A DNA stretch of 20,647 bases, from IMG/VR virus record IMGVR_UViG_2585427793_000008. The stretch is one strand, 5' to 3'. Below, in pieces: positions 1 to 6,655 of the stretch; positions within the stretch are counted from its first letter, which is position 1; each line of letters opens with the position of its first letter. This stretch comes from a virus (lineage: Duplodnaviria > Heunggongvirae > Uroviricota > Caudoviricetes). The notes under the pieces are model-generated. The model did no database searches and was not told the DNA's origin. It was given only the letters and a program-made list of their open reading frames with translations. The translations under genes were made by a program, and so were the position numbers.

Positions 1-183
1 TCAGTTCTGCAGACACTGCCGAACACCGTCGACAATTTCACAGACCTGAGACGCGGTATCGAAAAGCTGGCGCGCCTTATCCAGGCTGACGCACCCCACC
101 AATAAAAAAGGCACCAGTATCGCTACCAGTGCCCGTTTCACCGCCGTTCGCGGCATTCTGTGTGTCCAGTGTTTTCGCGCCAT
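1..183 (-). CDS. Small lipoprotein, 60 aa (signal peptide plus lipobox L-V-G-C); o-spanin-like size but not proline-rich
   Basis: Complete ORF (stop at 1-3, ATG at 183..181). N-terminus MARKHW...LVPFLLVGCVS is a typical lipoprotein signal; two further Cys in the mature part. Preceded 2 nt upstream by the stop of a small TM ORF. Confidence 0.45.
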   Translation of the reverse strand: MARKHWTHRMPRTAVKRALVAILVPFLLVGCVSLDKARQLFDTASQVCEIVDGVRQCLQN

Positions 184-184
184 A

Positions 185-298
185 TCACCACCAACGCACA
201 GCCCAAATCAGAACAGCGACCGCCACAAGGCGAATTGCAAAGGCCGCAGCCCTTGTCAAATCAAGGCTCGCGGGAGTTTCCATTTCAATACCTTTCAT
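185..298 (-). CDS. Small hydrophobic protein, 37 aa (MKGIEMETPASLDLTRAAAFAIRLVAVAVLIWAVRWW)
   Basis: Hand-translated minus-strand ORF below the track size cut-off; one predicted TM helix; stop TGA 2 nt before the lipoprotein ATG. Weak SD (GAGG about 11 nt upstream). Confidence 0.25.
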   Translation of the reverse strand: MKGIEMETPASLDLTRAAAFAIRLVAVAVLIWAVRWW

Positions 299-389
299 AA
301 TGGACAACCTCAAAAAGAATCTTTTATACTTTCCCACGAGGATTTTCTCCCTACTCACTAATCACAATTTCCCCTTTGACGTGAAAACT

Positions 390-428
390 AAAAACCCCGG
401 ACTGTTCCCCCAGCCGGGGTTTTGTTTT
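390..428. terminator. Bidirectional intrinsic terminator-like hairpin downstream of endolysin
   Basis: A-run, CCCCGG (395-400) ... CCGGGG (414-419), then TTTTGTTTT (420-428); U-tract on both strands. Confidence 0.5.
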
Positions 429-430
429 AC

Positions 431-814
431 TTATCGCTTCAGCTGAAAGTGAGGTCCGTCTTTCAGCGTTTTCCAGTCCCCGCCCCATTCGATAGCGATC
501 CCCAGCTCTGCGGCAGCCTGCTTAAATGCCTGTGCGATTTTCTCGTACAGAGGCCACTCCCATGACACCTGACTGCCAATGTAGGCCACAACATCCACCG
601 CATCACCGGTCAGGTGGCGGCTGTTCATGGTCTGGCTTTTCCCTTCCGCAACCAGCTGTTTCTGGCGATACTTACTGCGCAGGCCTTCCGTAATACCGAA
701 ATCAACCTCCGTCAGCTCCAGCGCACGGCGAACTACAGCAACCAGCTGTGGTTTGACACCCTCCAGATTTTTTTCACTGCGACGGCTGAATCTGAATTTA
801 CCCGGCATATTCAC
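431..814 (-). CDS. Endolysin, peptidase M15 family (L-alanyl-D-glutamate / VanY-like metallopeptidase)
   Basis: Motif SRHLTGDAVD (SxHxxGxAxD) and C-terminal GGDW...DGPHFQ are typical Zn-binding motifs of M15 peptidases. GTG at 814 overlaps upstream stop (GTGA); alternative ATG at 808. Confidence 0.75.
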   Translation of the reverse strand: MNMPGKFRFSRRSEKNLEGVKPQLVAVVRRALELTEVDFGITEGLRSKYRQKQLVAEGKSQTMNSRHLTGDAVDVVAYIGSQVSWEWPLYEKIAQAFKQAAAELGIAIEWGGDWKTLKDGPHFQLKR

Positions 815-1086
815 CTCAACAATGGAAAGATTTTTGTGACGTTCCCGCGTGCGCGTATCACCAGCACGCAGAACAGCAGATTAAAAAACACTTCCAGCCA
901 GCCCGTTGCTAACGGGCGACCACACAGATAGCTGAGGGGCGCAAAGGCATACAGCAGCATCAGCAGCCAGGCCAGCCATGACACCAGCGGTTTATGTCTG
1001 GAATCACGGCGACGATAAAAAAAGAGCGTCAGCACGATAACCGTGCATAACGCCACATTCAGCAATCCGGGAAGGTTACTTAACAT
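811..1086 (-). CDS. Membrane protein, 91 aa, holin/antiholin-like partner in lysis cassette
   Basis: Start ATG 1086..1084 preceded by GGAGGAGG SD; multiple hydrophobic segments; stop overlaps endolysin start. Track ORF 811..1140 extends upstream from a non-SD start. Confidence 0.5.
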   Translation of the reverse strand: MLSNLPGLLNVALCTVIVLTLFFYRRRDSRHKPLVSWLAWLLMLLYAFAPLSYLCGRPLATGWLEVFFNLLFCVLVIRARGNVTKIFPLLR

Positions 1087-1468
1087 TGCCGCCTCCTCCA
1101 CCCCGCAGGCGGGAGAACACACCGGACACCAGCGATGCAATATCCTGCTGGTGGATGAACGAGAGAATCTTCACCGACACCACCGAGACCAGCACCGCGC
1201 AAAGCGCATCTGCTGATGTACCGTCATACCCTGTTTTTGATGCAATCCAGGCTGACAGCACACGCGCTCCCAGCACGCCGACAATAAACGACACCAGAAA
1301 ATGTGCCACCACGCGCCAGACTGAAAGTGACTGTGGCATCGTTGCCACAAATAACGCCCCGGCGAACGCGCCAAACACAATCCCGAAATCCATTCCGGTA
1401 AACAGCCCGAATACCGTCGCGCCACCCAGCGCCGCAGCCGTGCCGGAACCGGATAAGGGTTCAGACAT
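1076..1468 (-). CDS. Putative holin, 130 aa, multi-pass membrane protein
   Basis: ATG 1468..1466 with AGGAGG SD; hydrophobic glycine/alanine-rich TM segments; first gene of lysis cluster immediately upstream of endolysin. Confidence 0.55.
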   Translation of the reverse strand: MSEPLSGSGTAAALGGATVFGLFTGMDFGIVFGAFAGALFVATMPQSLSVWRVVAHFLVSFIVGVLGARVLSAWIASKTGYDGTSADALCAVLVSVVSVKILSFIHQQDIASLVSGVFSRLRGGGGGNVK

Positions 1469-1480
1469 ACTTCCTCCTGA

Positions 1481-1506
1481 AAATAAAAAAGGGCCACCAG
1501 CGACCC
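1481..1506 (-). terminator. Intrinsic terminator-like hairpin upstream of holin (minus strand); second hairpin at 1525-1546
   Basis: Minus strand reads GGGUCGCUGGUGGCCC followed by UUUUUUAUUUU; nearby perfect 8-bp stem AAGGCATC/GATGCCTT at 1525-1546. Confidence 0.4.
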
Positions 1507-1555
1507 GTAAAAAAACACCCCGTCAAAGGCATCCGCAGATGCCTTTTGTGTGATG

Positions 1556-1708
1556 TTATTCAGATTTACGCAGTAAAGGCCGGAGCACGACCAGCGCCAT
1601 CACCACCAGCACACCATCTGCCAGCACCGACATCAGTCGTCCGGTGAAATCAACCACCACTACCAGAAACAACAGGATGACAGCCAGCACAAGGCGCGCA
1701 CTTTTCAC
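1556..1708 (-). CDS. Small hydrophobic peptide, 50 aa (two predicted TM helices)
   Basis: Hand-translated: GTG at 1708..1706 overlaps TerB-like stop (GTGA); sequence KSARLVLAVILLFLVVVVDFTGRLMSVLADGVLVVMALVVLRPLLRKSE; stop TAA at 1558..1556. Below track size cut-off. Confidence 0.3.
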   Translation of the reverse strand: MKSARLVLAVILLFLVVVVDFTGRLMSVLADGVLVVMALVVLRPLLRKSE

Positions 1709-2130
1709 AGGTACTGCTCCAGCGGCAACTGCAGCGCCTGCGCAATTTTCTTCAGTTGCGCTTCTTCTTCCTGACCGATACCGTCCTGGTCAGCGATATC
1801 CAGACACAGGCACAGCACATTAACTGCATCATCAGTACCGGCAACATCAGCCAGCTGACGAAGAGCTTCGGCATTGGCAGAACGCGGCGACGCTTCATAA
1901 CGGGCGCGGATATTTGCACTCATTTGTGCAATCTCACCGGAGAACGGCGCAAAGGCAGGAAGTGCTGCAATGGTTTTTTCCAGTACCGCGATTTCTTTCG
2001 CGTCACAGGTGCCGTCAGCGTATGCAATGGAGTACGCGCCCCAGACGGTCGCCTCCACTGCGTCACGGTTCTCCATCTTCTTCACTTCGGTAATGGCCTT
2101 GCGGGTTTTCTTTTTGAAAATACCAAACAT
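1705..2130 (-). CDS. TerB-like (tellurite-resistance TerB domain) protein, 141 aa
   Basis: Two aDG...E-type segments (SIAYADGTCDAKEIAVLEK and LCLCLDIADQDGIGQEEEAQLKKIA) recalled as typical of the TerB family; ATG at 2130 with AAGGA SD. Confidence 0.5.
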   Translation of the reverse strand: MFGIFKKKTRKAITEVKKMENRDAVEATVWGAYSIAYADGTCDAKEIAVLEKTIAALPAFAPFSGEIAQMSANIRARYEASPRSANAEALRQLADVAGTDDAVNVLCLCLDIADQDGIGQEEEAQLKKIAQALQLPLEQYL

Positions 2131-2265
2131 CGTGACTTTTCCTTTTAGTGGGTGAGCCTGCGCCCGGGGGTGACCAGCCCACAGAGAAAGTCACACTGAC
2201 CATCCCGTAAGCTCATCCCTGAAAGGCTCTGTGGTTTTTTGATGTGCGCCGGGCGTGGCGCGGAT

Positions 2266-2292
2266 ATGAAAAAGGCCCGCCGAAGCGAGCCT
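2266..2292 (-). terminator. Intrinsic terminator downstream of the tRNA island (minus strand)
   Basis: Minus strand AGGCUCGC-UUCG-GCGGGCCU (8-bp stem incl. one G-U, UUCG tetraloop) followed by UUUUUCAUAUC. Confidence 0.6.
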
Positions 2293-2305
2293 GGAAAAAT
2301 AAGCG

Positions 2306-2382
2306 TGGCGCGTTGTACTGGATTCGAACCAGTGACCGATTGCTTAGAAGGCAATTGCTCTGTCCGGCTGAGCTAACAACGC
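2306..2382 (-). tRNA. argO: tRNA-Arg (anticodon UCU)
   Basis: Hand-folded cloverleaf: acceptor GCGTTGT/ACAACGC, D-arm GCTC/GAGC, anticodon stem ATTGC/GCAAT with loop CTTCTAA, T-arm ACTGG-TTCGAAT-CCAGT, 3-prime GCCA. Symbol by analogy to Stx-phage tRNA islands, recalled not searched. Confidence 0.9.
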
Positions 2383-2396
2383 ATAATGCAGATAAT

Positions 2397-2472
2397 GGAT
2401 TGCCATCGGGGACCCGAGCCCCACACAGCCAGTTTCGAAAGCAGGCGCTCTCTGCCGATGAGCTAATGGCGG
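2397..2472 (-). tRNA. tRNA-like sequence, Arg (UCG)-like anticodon loop, atypical; possibly degenerate
   Basis: D-arm GCTC/GAGC and loop TTTCGAA (anticodon TCG) present, but anticodon stem has 2 mismatches, acceptor stem 2 mismatches, T-loop CTCGGGT non-canonical, 3-prime end UCCA. Confidence 0.4.
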
Positions 2473-2479
2473 TATGTGA

Positions 2480-2555
2480 TGGTGGCCCTTGCTGGATTTG
2501 AACCAGCGACCTGGCGATTATGAGTCGCTCGCTCTCACCACTGAGCTAAAGGGCC
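2480..2555 (-). tRNA. ileZ: tRNA-Ile2/Met-type (anticodon CAU), ileX/ileZ-like
   Basis: Cloverleaf GGCCCTT...AAGGGCC acceptor, anticodon loop CTCATAA, T-arm GCTGG-TTCAAAT-CCAGC, 3-prime ACCA; closely resembles E. coli ileX from memory. Confidence 0.9.
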
Positions 2556-2604
2556 GGGAGCAGAATAATAATGGTGCGTAATTAATTCTGCAATCTCATC
2601 CGTT

Positions 2605-3654
2605 TCAAACGATTAAATCCTGAACTTCCCTGACTGTCTGCTCAAAACGTCCGGTCTCCAGCTCAACACCAATCGCACGACGCCCCAGTGCCATCGCCGC
2701 TTTTACCGTTGAACCTGAACCCATAAAAAAATCTGCAACCAGGTCTCCCGGACGACTGCTCGCGTTGATTATCTGCTGCAGCATTTCTGCCGGTTTTTCG
2801 CACGGATGTTTTCCTGGATAGTACTGCACCGGTTTATGCGTCCAGACATCGGTGTACGGAACCTGCGCCGTCACACCGAAATACCGCCGCAAATTTTTAT
2901 ATTCACTCAGCAGTTCCGTATACTGCCGGTTCAGCTCACTGTATGTGCTGACCAGCTGGTGGTGTGGCTTTTCCAGTTCCCCGCGCTGATGTTTTTCTGC
3001 CGCAACACGCGCAAACAACGCCTGCAATTTGTTGTAATCACCCTCGTTCGGTAACTGCCACTGACTGGTACCAAACCAGTGCGAAGCCATGTTTTTCTTT
3101 CCGGTGGCTTCCGCTATCTGTTTTGACGTTATTCCCAGTGATTTACGCGCATCACGAAAGTAAGAAATCAGCGGGGCCATGACGTGCTGTTTTAGCTCGC
3201 GCCCCTGTGCCACATAGCCATCATCTTTCGGGCGATACGGTCCCTGATAATGTTCTGCAAACAGAATGCGCTCTGTTGCCGGAAAATACGCCCGCAGACT
3301 TTCCTTATTGCACCCGTTCCAGCGTCCGGACGGCTTCGCCCAGATAATGTGGTTCAGCACATTAAAGCGCTCACGCATCATGATTTCGGTGTCAGATGCC
3401 AGGCGATGACCACAGAACAGGTAAAGACTTCCGGCAGGCTTCAGTCCCCGCCAGAACTGCGCCAGACACTGGTCCAGCCATTTCAGGTAATCATCGTCGC
3501 CCTTCCACTGGTTATCCCAGCCCTCGGGCTTCACTTTAAAGTATGGCGGGTCTGTGACTATCAGATCGACAGAATTTTCCGGTAAGGTCTGGATAAATTC
3601 CAGGCAATCAGCGTTGATTAACTCACAACTGGATATTTTTACAGTATTGGTCAT
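2605..3654 (-). CDS. Orphan DNA methyltransferase, beta-class (N6-adenine or N4-cytosine), 349 aa
   Basis: N-terminal SVDLIVTDPPY (motif IV) precedes C-terminal DFFMGSGST (motif I FxGxG); no adjacent restriction endonuclease gene. Confidence 0.85.
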   Translation of the reverse strand: MTNTVKISSCELINADCLEFIQTLPENSVDLIVTDPPYFKVKPEGWDNQWKGDDDYLKWLDQCLAQFWRGLKPAGSLYLFCGHRLASDTEIMMRERFNVLNHIIWAKPSGRWNGCNKESLRAYFPATERILFAEHYQGPYRPKDDGYVAQGRELKQHVMAPLISYFRDARKSLGITSKQIAEATGKKNMASHWFGTSQWQLPNEGDYNKLQALFARVAAEKHQRGELEKPHHQLVSTYSELNRQYTELLSEYKNLRRYFGVTAQVPYTDVWTHKPVQYYPGKHPCEKPAEMLQQIINASSRPGDLVADFFMGSGSTVKAAMALGRRAIGVELETGRFEQTVREVQDLIV

Positions 3655-3790
3655 AGATCAATAAGCACTTCTCTGATAGGCTCATACCGCTTTTGCGCAA
3701 AGCAGATGGGCCTGAGGTTTGCTTGTGACCCCAACGCATGAGCAGATGGCTGGCAGGTGCCGCTAACACCCACCAGCCGCCCATTACCAC

Positions 3791-3818
3791 AAATTAAAAA
3801 GCCTTCACTGCGGAAGGC
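3791..3818 (-). terminator. Intrinsic terminator-like hairpin overlapping the stop of the small ORF upstream of the methyltransferase
   Basis: Minus strand stem GCCTTC/GAAGGC (3801-3818) followed by UUUUUAAUUUG. Confidence 0.4.
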
Positions 3819-4012
3819 GTCTGTAACAACCGAACTGATAATCTGCCAGACCCGCCATAACAAGCTGAGTCAGTATTAACTGGCAGCGTTCGCGTGAAAG
3901 GTAAGTATTCTGCGCAATTTCCCCGACGGTCGCCGGTTCGGTGACGCTTAATTCATTAAACACCACTCTGGCGGTTTCGGTCATATCCTGCTGTTTTAGC
4001 ATGCCTTTTTCC
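3805..4012 (-). CDS. Small protein, 68 aa, unknown function (possible helix-turn-helix)
   Basis: ATG 4012..4010 with AGGGAAAAAGG SD region; lies between two minus-strand terminators. Confidence 0.4.
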
Positions 4013-4123
4013 CTTTTCTGGTTAACGTGACATACCAATACCTCTTGTCGAAAAAGCCAGCAAGCTGAAAGACCAGTATTCACAACAACCAGCGCGTTTA
4101 ATGTTCTGTGCCGTTTTTCAGGC

Positions 4124-4150
4124 ATAAAAAAACCCGCATAAAGCGGGTTC
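4124..4150 (-). terminator. Strong intrinsic terminator downstream of the ATPase/TOPRIM cassette (candidate tR-prime-like)
   Basis: Minus strand AACCCGC-UUUAU-GCGGGUU followed by UUUUUUUAUGCC. Confidence 0.6.
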
Positions 4151-4284
4151 TTTCAGGTGTCCATGTCTGCTATTCGCCTCGCGGTATAGCTTTGCGAAGC
4201 GTAGCTGGATTGAAACAGTTTATTGGCAAAAAATCAAGACATTTTACAAACAAAAACAATCAACTGAACAAAAAAGAAAATAAA

Positions 4285-4818
4285 TCATCTTGTTAACCTG
4301 AAATGTTTAGAAAAAGATGACTTAAAACTTGCAACAGGCTCCAATACAGTATGTAAATCTCTTGTAAACCACTTAGTTTCCTGCATGCCCATTTTCAGTA
4401 ACTTTGAAAGTTGATTGTTACAAGCAATAAAATCTCTCTTGAAATCATTTATACCCGATGTTTTTTTTGCACAGAACCCAGCAATTAGTTTTTTTACAGG
4501 AATTCCGCAACACCAGGCCAACTCCTCCTCAAAATTTCTTTTCTGCTGCAAAAGATAAACTTTATGCCCTCTGTTTTTAAGGAACTTTACATTTTCAATG
4601 AATCTTGCAGATTGCTCCACTTCATCACTATCAAAGACAATTAGTATATCACTTCCCTTCGGAATAGTAATCGCATAATTTCTTATGCTCTCTTGCCAAA
4701 AGTTTCTTTTTACAATTGATTTGGCATCAATAACTCTCTGTTGTTTCATCTTCTGAAAAAGAGAGTTTTCTGTTTCACCTTCGACAAAAATTATTCTTAT
4801 TTTAGACAACCCCGCCAT
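4285..4818 (-). CDS. Small TOPRIM-like protein, 177 aa (RloB/AbiLii- or DUF4276-like), second gene of candidate defence cassette
   Basis: N-terminal RIIFVEGETE (conserved Glu) and ILIVFDSDE (DxD) match the TOPRIM catalytic pattern; ATG overlaps ATPase stop (TGATG); AT-rich. Confidence 0.6.
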   Translation of the reverse strand: MAGLSKIRIIFVEGETENSLFQKMKQQRVIDAKSIVKRNFWQESIRNYAITIPKGSDILIVFDSDEVEQSARFIENVKFLKNRGHKVYLLQQKRNFEEELAWCCGIPVKKLIAGFCAKKTSGINDFKRDFIACNNQLSKLLKMGMQETKWFTRDLHTVLEPVASFKSSFSKHFRLTR

Positions 4819-6008
4819 CAGAGTAGCTCCGATACTAATGATGTGTCAGGTAAGACACCAAAGACATCTCTCTCAACAGCGTTTCGCATGCTACGGTCAT
4901 TTTTTTTAACAACTGAATTTGCTTCAACAAACTCCGAATAGTCTTTCGTTTTTTTAATAAAAATGAACGAGTGAACAGGCAGATCCAACTCAAAAATATC
5001 CATGTTATGCGTTGTATAGAAAAACTGAGTATTTTCTTTCAAATTAGATATAATCAGCGCCACAATCATACGCTCTAACTCTGAATGTGTATAAGCCAAT
5101 TTCTCGTCAAGAAAATAAGTCATTGATGGTATTAGAGATTGCTTACCTAGTCTTTCACAATCAGAGATAATAGCGCTTATAAAATGCGCTACCGTCACTG
5201 CCTCGTATGTTCCTCGAGAAAGACGGTCTGAGTTAATTATTTCACCTTTACTGGTAACGACAAGAGAATCAGAGTTTTTAAATTTAATCAGATAAACCGC
5301 AGATGATTTATTTTCATCCCCGTCACTTTCAGACTCCAGCATCTCGGTAACTCCTATAATACTTGAATCGAAAGTGCGAATTATCCTTTCAAGAATATTT
5401 TTATTCATTCCTGAAATTGCAGTGGTACTTTCTTTAGTTTCAGACAACAAATAGTACCATCCACCAAAAAACTTAAGTTGCTTGAAAAACTCCAATACAA
5501 CTGGTTCGCTATCAGTAGCTAGTTCCTGAAAAAAATATTCTGTATCTCCTGGGGCCCTTCCAGAAAAGAGTTGATTCAGTTTTTCTGTGGTTTTATAGCA
5601 AGAATCATTTAATGCTATTTGAACAAAACCATATTTAATTTCTTTGATTATGTGCGCTCCGCCTTCACTGGTAGCAAAGCGTACATACAAACGATGATGA
5701 AAATGTTCCTCCGTAGCAAAGTCTACTTCAAACGAAGCATCATTATTTTTATTATTCACTCGCAGATTACTCCGCAACTCTTTGGTTCTTAGAAACACCT
5801 GAATTCCACAAAGAATTCGCCCTAGTGACGTCTTACCTGAAGCATTTCCCCCCGTTATGATACAGACTTTTTTATAGTAAAATTTAGGCCGTCCAGCCAA
5901 AAACTCCCCATCAAGAGGCATGTTTACAGGTTTCCTTGGATAGGACAGGTTAAGCTCTGCATCCTCAAAAGCGTACAAATTGATAAATCTCAATCGTGTA
6001 AATATCAT
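4818..6008 (-). CDS. ABC-type (AAA_21/AAA_15-like) ATPase, about 396 aa, first gene of candidate defence cassette
   Basis: Walker A CIITGGNASGKTS, Walker B SMTYFLDE, H-loop FFYTTHNMD. Preferred start ATG 6008..6006 (GGAAG upstream; N-terminal RLRFINLYAFEDAEL strand typical of this ATPase class); ORF also open to ATG 6098, overlapping Q stop. Confidence 0.7.
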   Translation of the reverse strand: MIFTRLRFINLYAFEDAELNLSYPRKPVNMPLDGEFLAGRPKFYYKKVCIITGGNASGKTSLGRILCGIQVFLRTKELRSNLRVNNKNNDASFEVDFATEEHFHHRLYVRFATSEGGAHIIKEIKYGFVQIALNDSCYKTTEKLNQLFSGRAPGDTEYFFQELATDSEPVVLEFFKQLKFFGGWYYLLSETKESTTAISGMNKNILERIIRTFDSSIIGVTEMLESESDGDENKSSAVYLIKFKNSDSLVVTSKGEIINSDRLSRGTYEAVTVAHFISAIISDCERLGKQSLIPSMTYFLDEKLAYTHSELERMIVALIISNLKENTQFFYTTHNMDIFELDLPVHSFIFIKKTKDYSEFVEANSVVKKNDRSMRNAVERDVFGVLPDTSLVSELL

Positions 6009-6039
6009 TCTTATCTTCCATATGTTGGAACTTAACGTA

Positions 6040-6068
6040 AGTATTGTCCAGACCTTGATGAACGTCAA
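6040..6068 (-). promoter_or_regulatory. Candidate sigma70 promoter for the ATPase/TOPRIM cassette
   Basis: Minus strand TTGACG (6068..6063), 17-nt spacer, AATACT (6045..6040); just downstream of Q stop, about 30 nt upstream of ATG 6008. Confidence 0.3.
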
Positions 6069-6097
6069 CAAGATTGATAGCTGATGCACTTCTATCA

Positions 6098-6655
6098 TCA
6101 GTTATCAGAAAAGCACCGAAGTGCCACGCACATTGGAAGGAAAAGCATGGTTTCAGCCATCGCCAACCAAACATCAATGCGATTTCTACAAGTTTTCAGG
6201 CTCCAGTCAGGGTGATTCTTTTTTAACTGTTCTGCCATTTTCAGCTTGCTCATTCCCAGCCCTTCATATCTTTGTCGGAGGATACAAATCAATCCCGGAT
6301 GCTCTGCCAACACTTCACTAATTACCCGATCGATACATAACGCCTCGGCATCAGTACAATAAGCCAGCCCGCTCTTTTGCTTGCTGTTGATCATCTCACG
6401 CAAAAACGCTTCCAGCTCAGTTTTATCAATCCCTGATTTTTTTATTCTGCGCAGAGCTTCATTGATCGCAGTTTTTGTAAGTGTTTTGGATGCCAGCAAC
6501 TGATTGAACATATTTCCTGGTTTGCCACCACCTATGTACGACCAACGCCCCCACATCCGTAATTTCCCCTGGATCCAGACGGCTTCCAGCGTTTTTAGAC
6601 GTAAATGCTCGCCGCTTTTGCCTGTAATTTCCGGGTATATCATATTTACGATCAC
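6098..6655 (-). CDS. Q-like late antiterminator (phage 82 / quuD-type family)
   Basis: WGRW motif near N-terminus, CTDAEALCIDRV and RQRYEGLGMSKLKMAEQL segments resemble recalled Q82-type antiterminators; position after RusA and before late region. GTG 6655 overlaps RusA stop; alternative ATG 6643. Confidence 0.5.
   Translation of the reverse strand: MIVNMIYPEITGKSGEHLRLKTLEAVWIQGKLRMWGRWSYIGGGKPGNMFNQLLASKTLTKTAINEALRRIKKSGIDKTELEAFLREMINSKQKSGLAYCTDAEALCIDRVISEVLAEHPGLICILRQRYEGLGMSKLKMAEQLKKNHPDWSLKTCRNRIDVWLAMAETMLFLPMCVALRCFSDN

Noticed and set aside
129-446. Plus-strand 105-aa ORF
   Set aside because: Runs antisense to the small TM/lipoprotein genes and through the bidirectional terminator; low-complexity translation with no SD; likely spurious.
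1086-1553. Plus-strand 155-aa ORF and minus-strand 115-aa ORF (1171..1518) overlapping the holin
   Set aside because: Antisense or alternative-frame reads of the holin gene with Pro/Arg-rich low-complexity translation.
1556-2130. Shiga-toxin or other known toxin genes at the Q-to-lysis cargo locus
   Set aside because: The occupants are a TerB-like protein and a small hydrophobic peptide; nothing resembling an AB5 toxin A subunit with signal peptide or a B pentamer subunit is present.
2178-2240. Long-loop hairpin CCACAGAG ... CTCTGTGG followed by T6 on the plus strand
   Set aside because: The 40-nt loop makes it a poor intrinsic terminator and no plus-strand gene needs one here; possibly an RNA structure on the minus-strand transcript. 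Not called.
3651-3863. Minus-strand 70-aa ORF overlapping the methyltransferase start
   Set aside because: Contains the 3791-3818 terminator hairpin, overlaps the better-supported 3805..4012 gene in another frame, and its translation is Cys/Trp-rich. The ATGA overlap with the methyltransferase may be coincidental.
4108-4296. Plus-strand 62-aa ORF
   Set aside because: Spans the terminator hairpin and an AT-rich intergenic region; Lys/Asn-rich translation of A-rich DNA.
6009-6098. N-terminal 30-aa extension of the ATPase (start at ATG 6098)
   Set aside because: The extension is hydrophobic and not typical of ABC ATPase N-termini; ATG 6008 gives a conventional N-terminal strand. Kept as an alternative, not the primary call.
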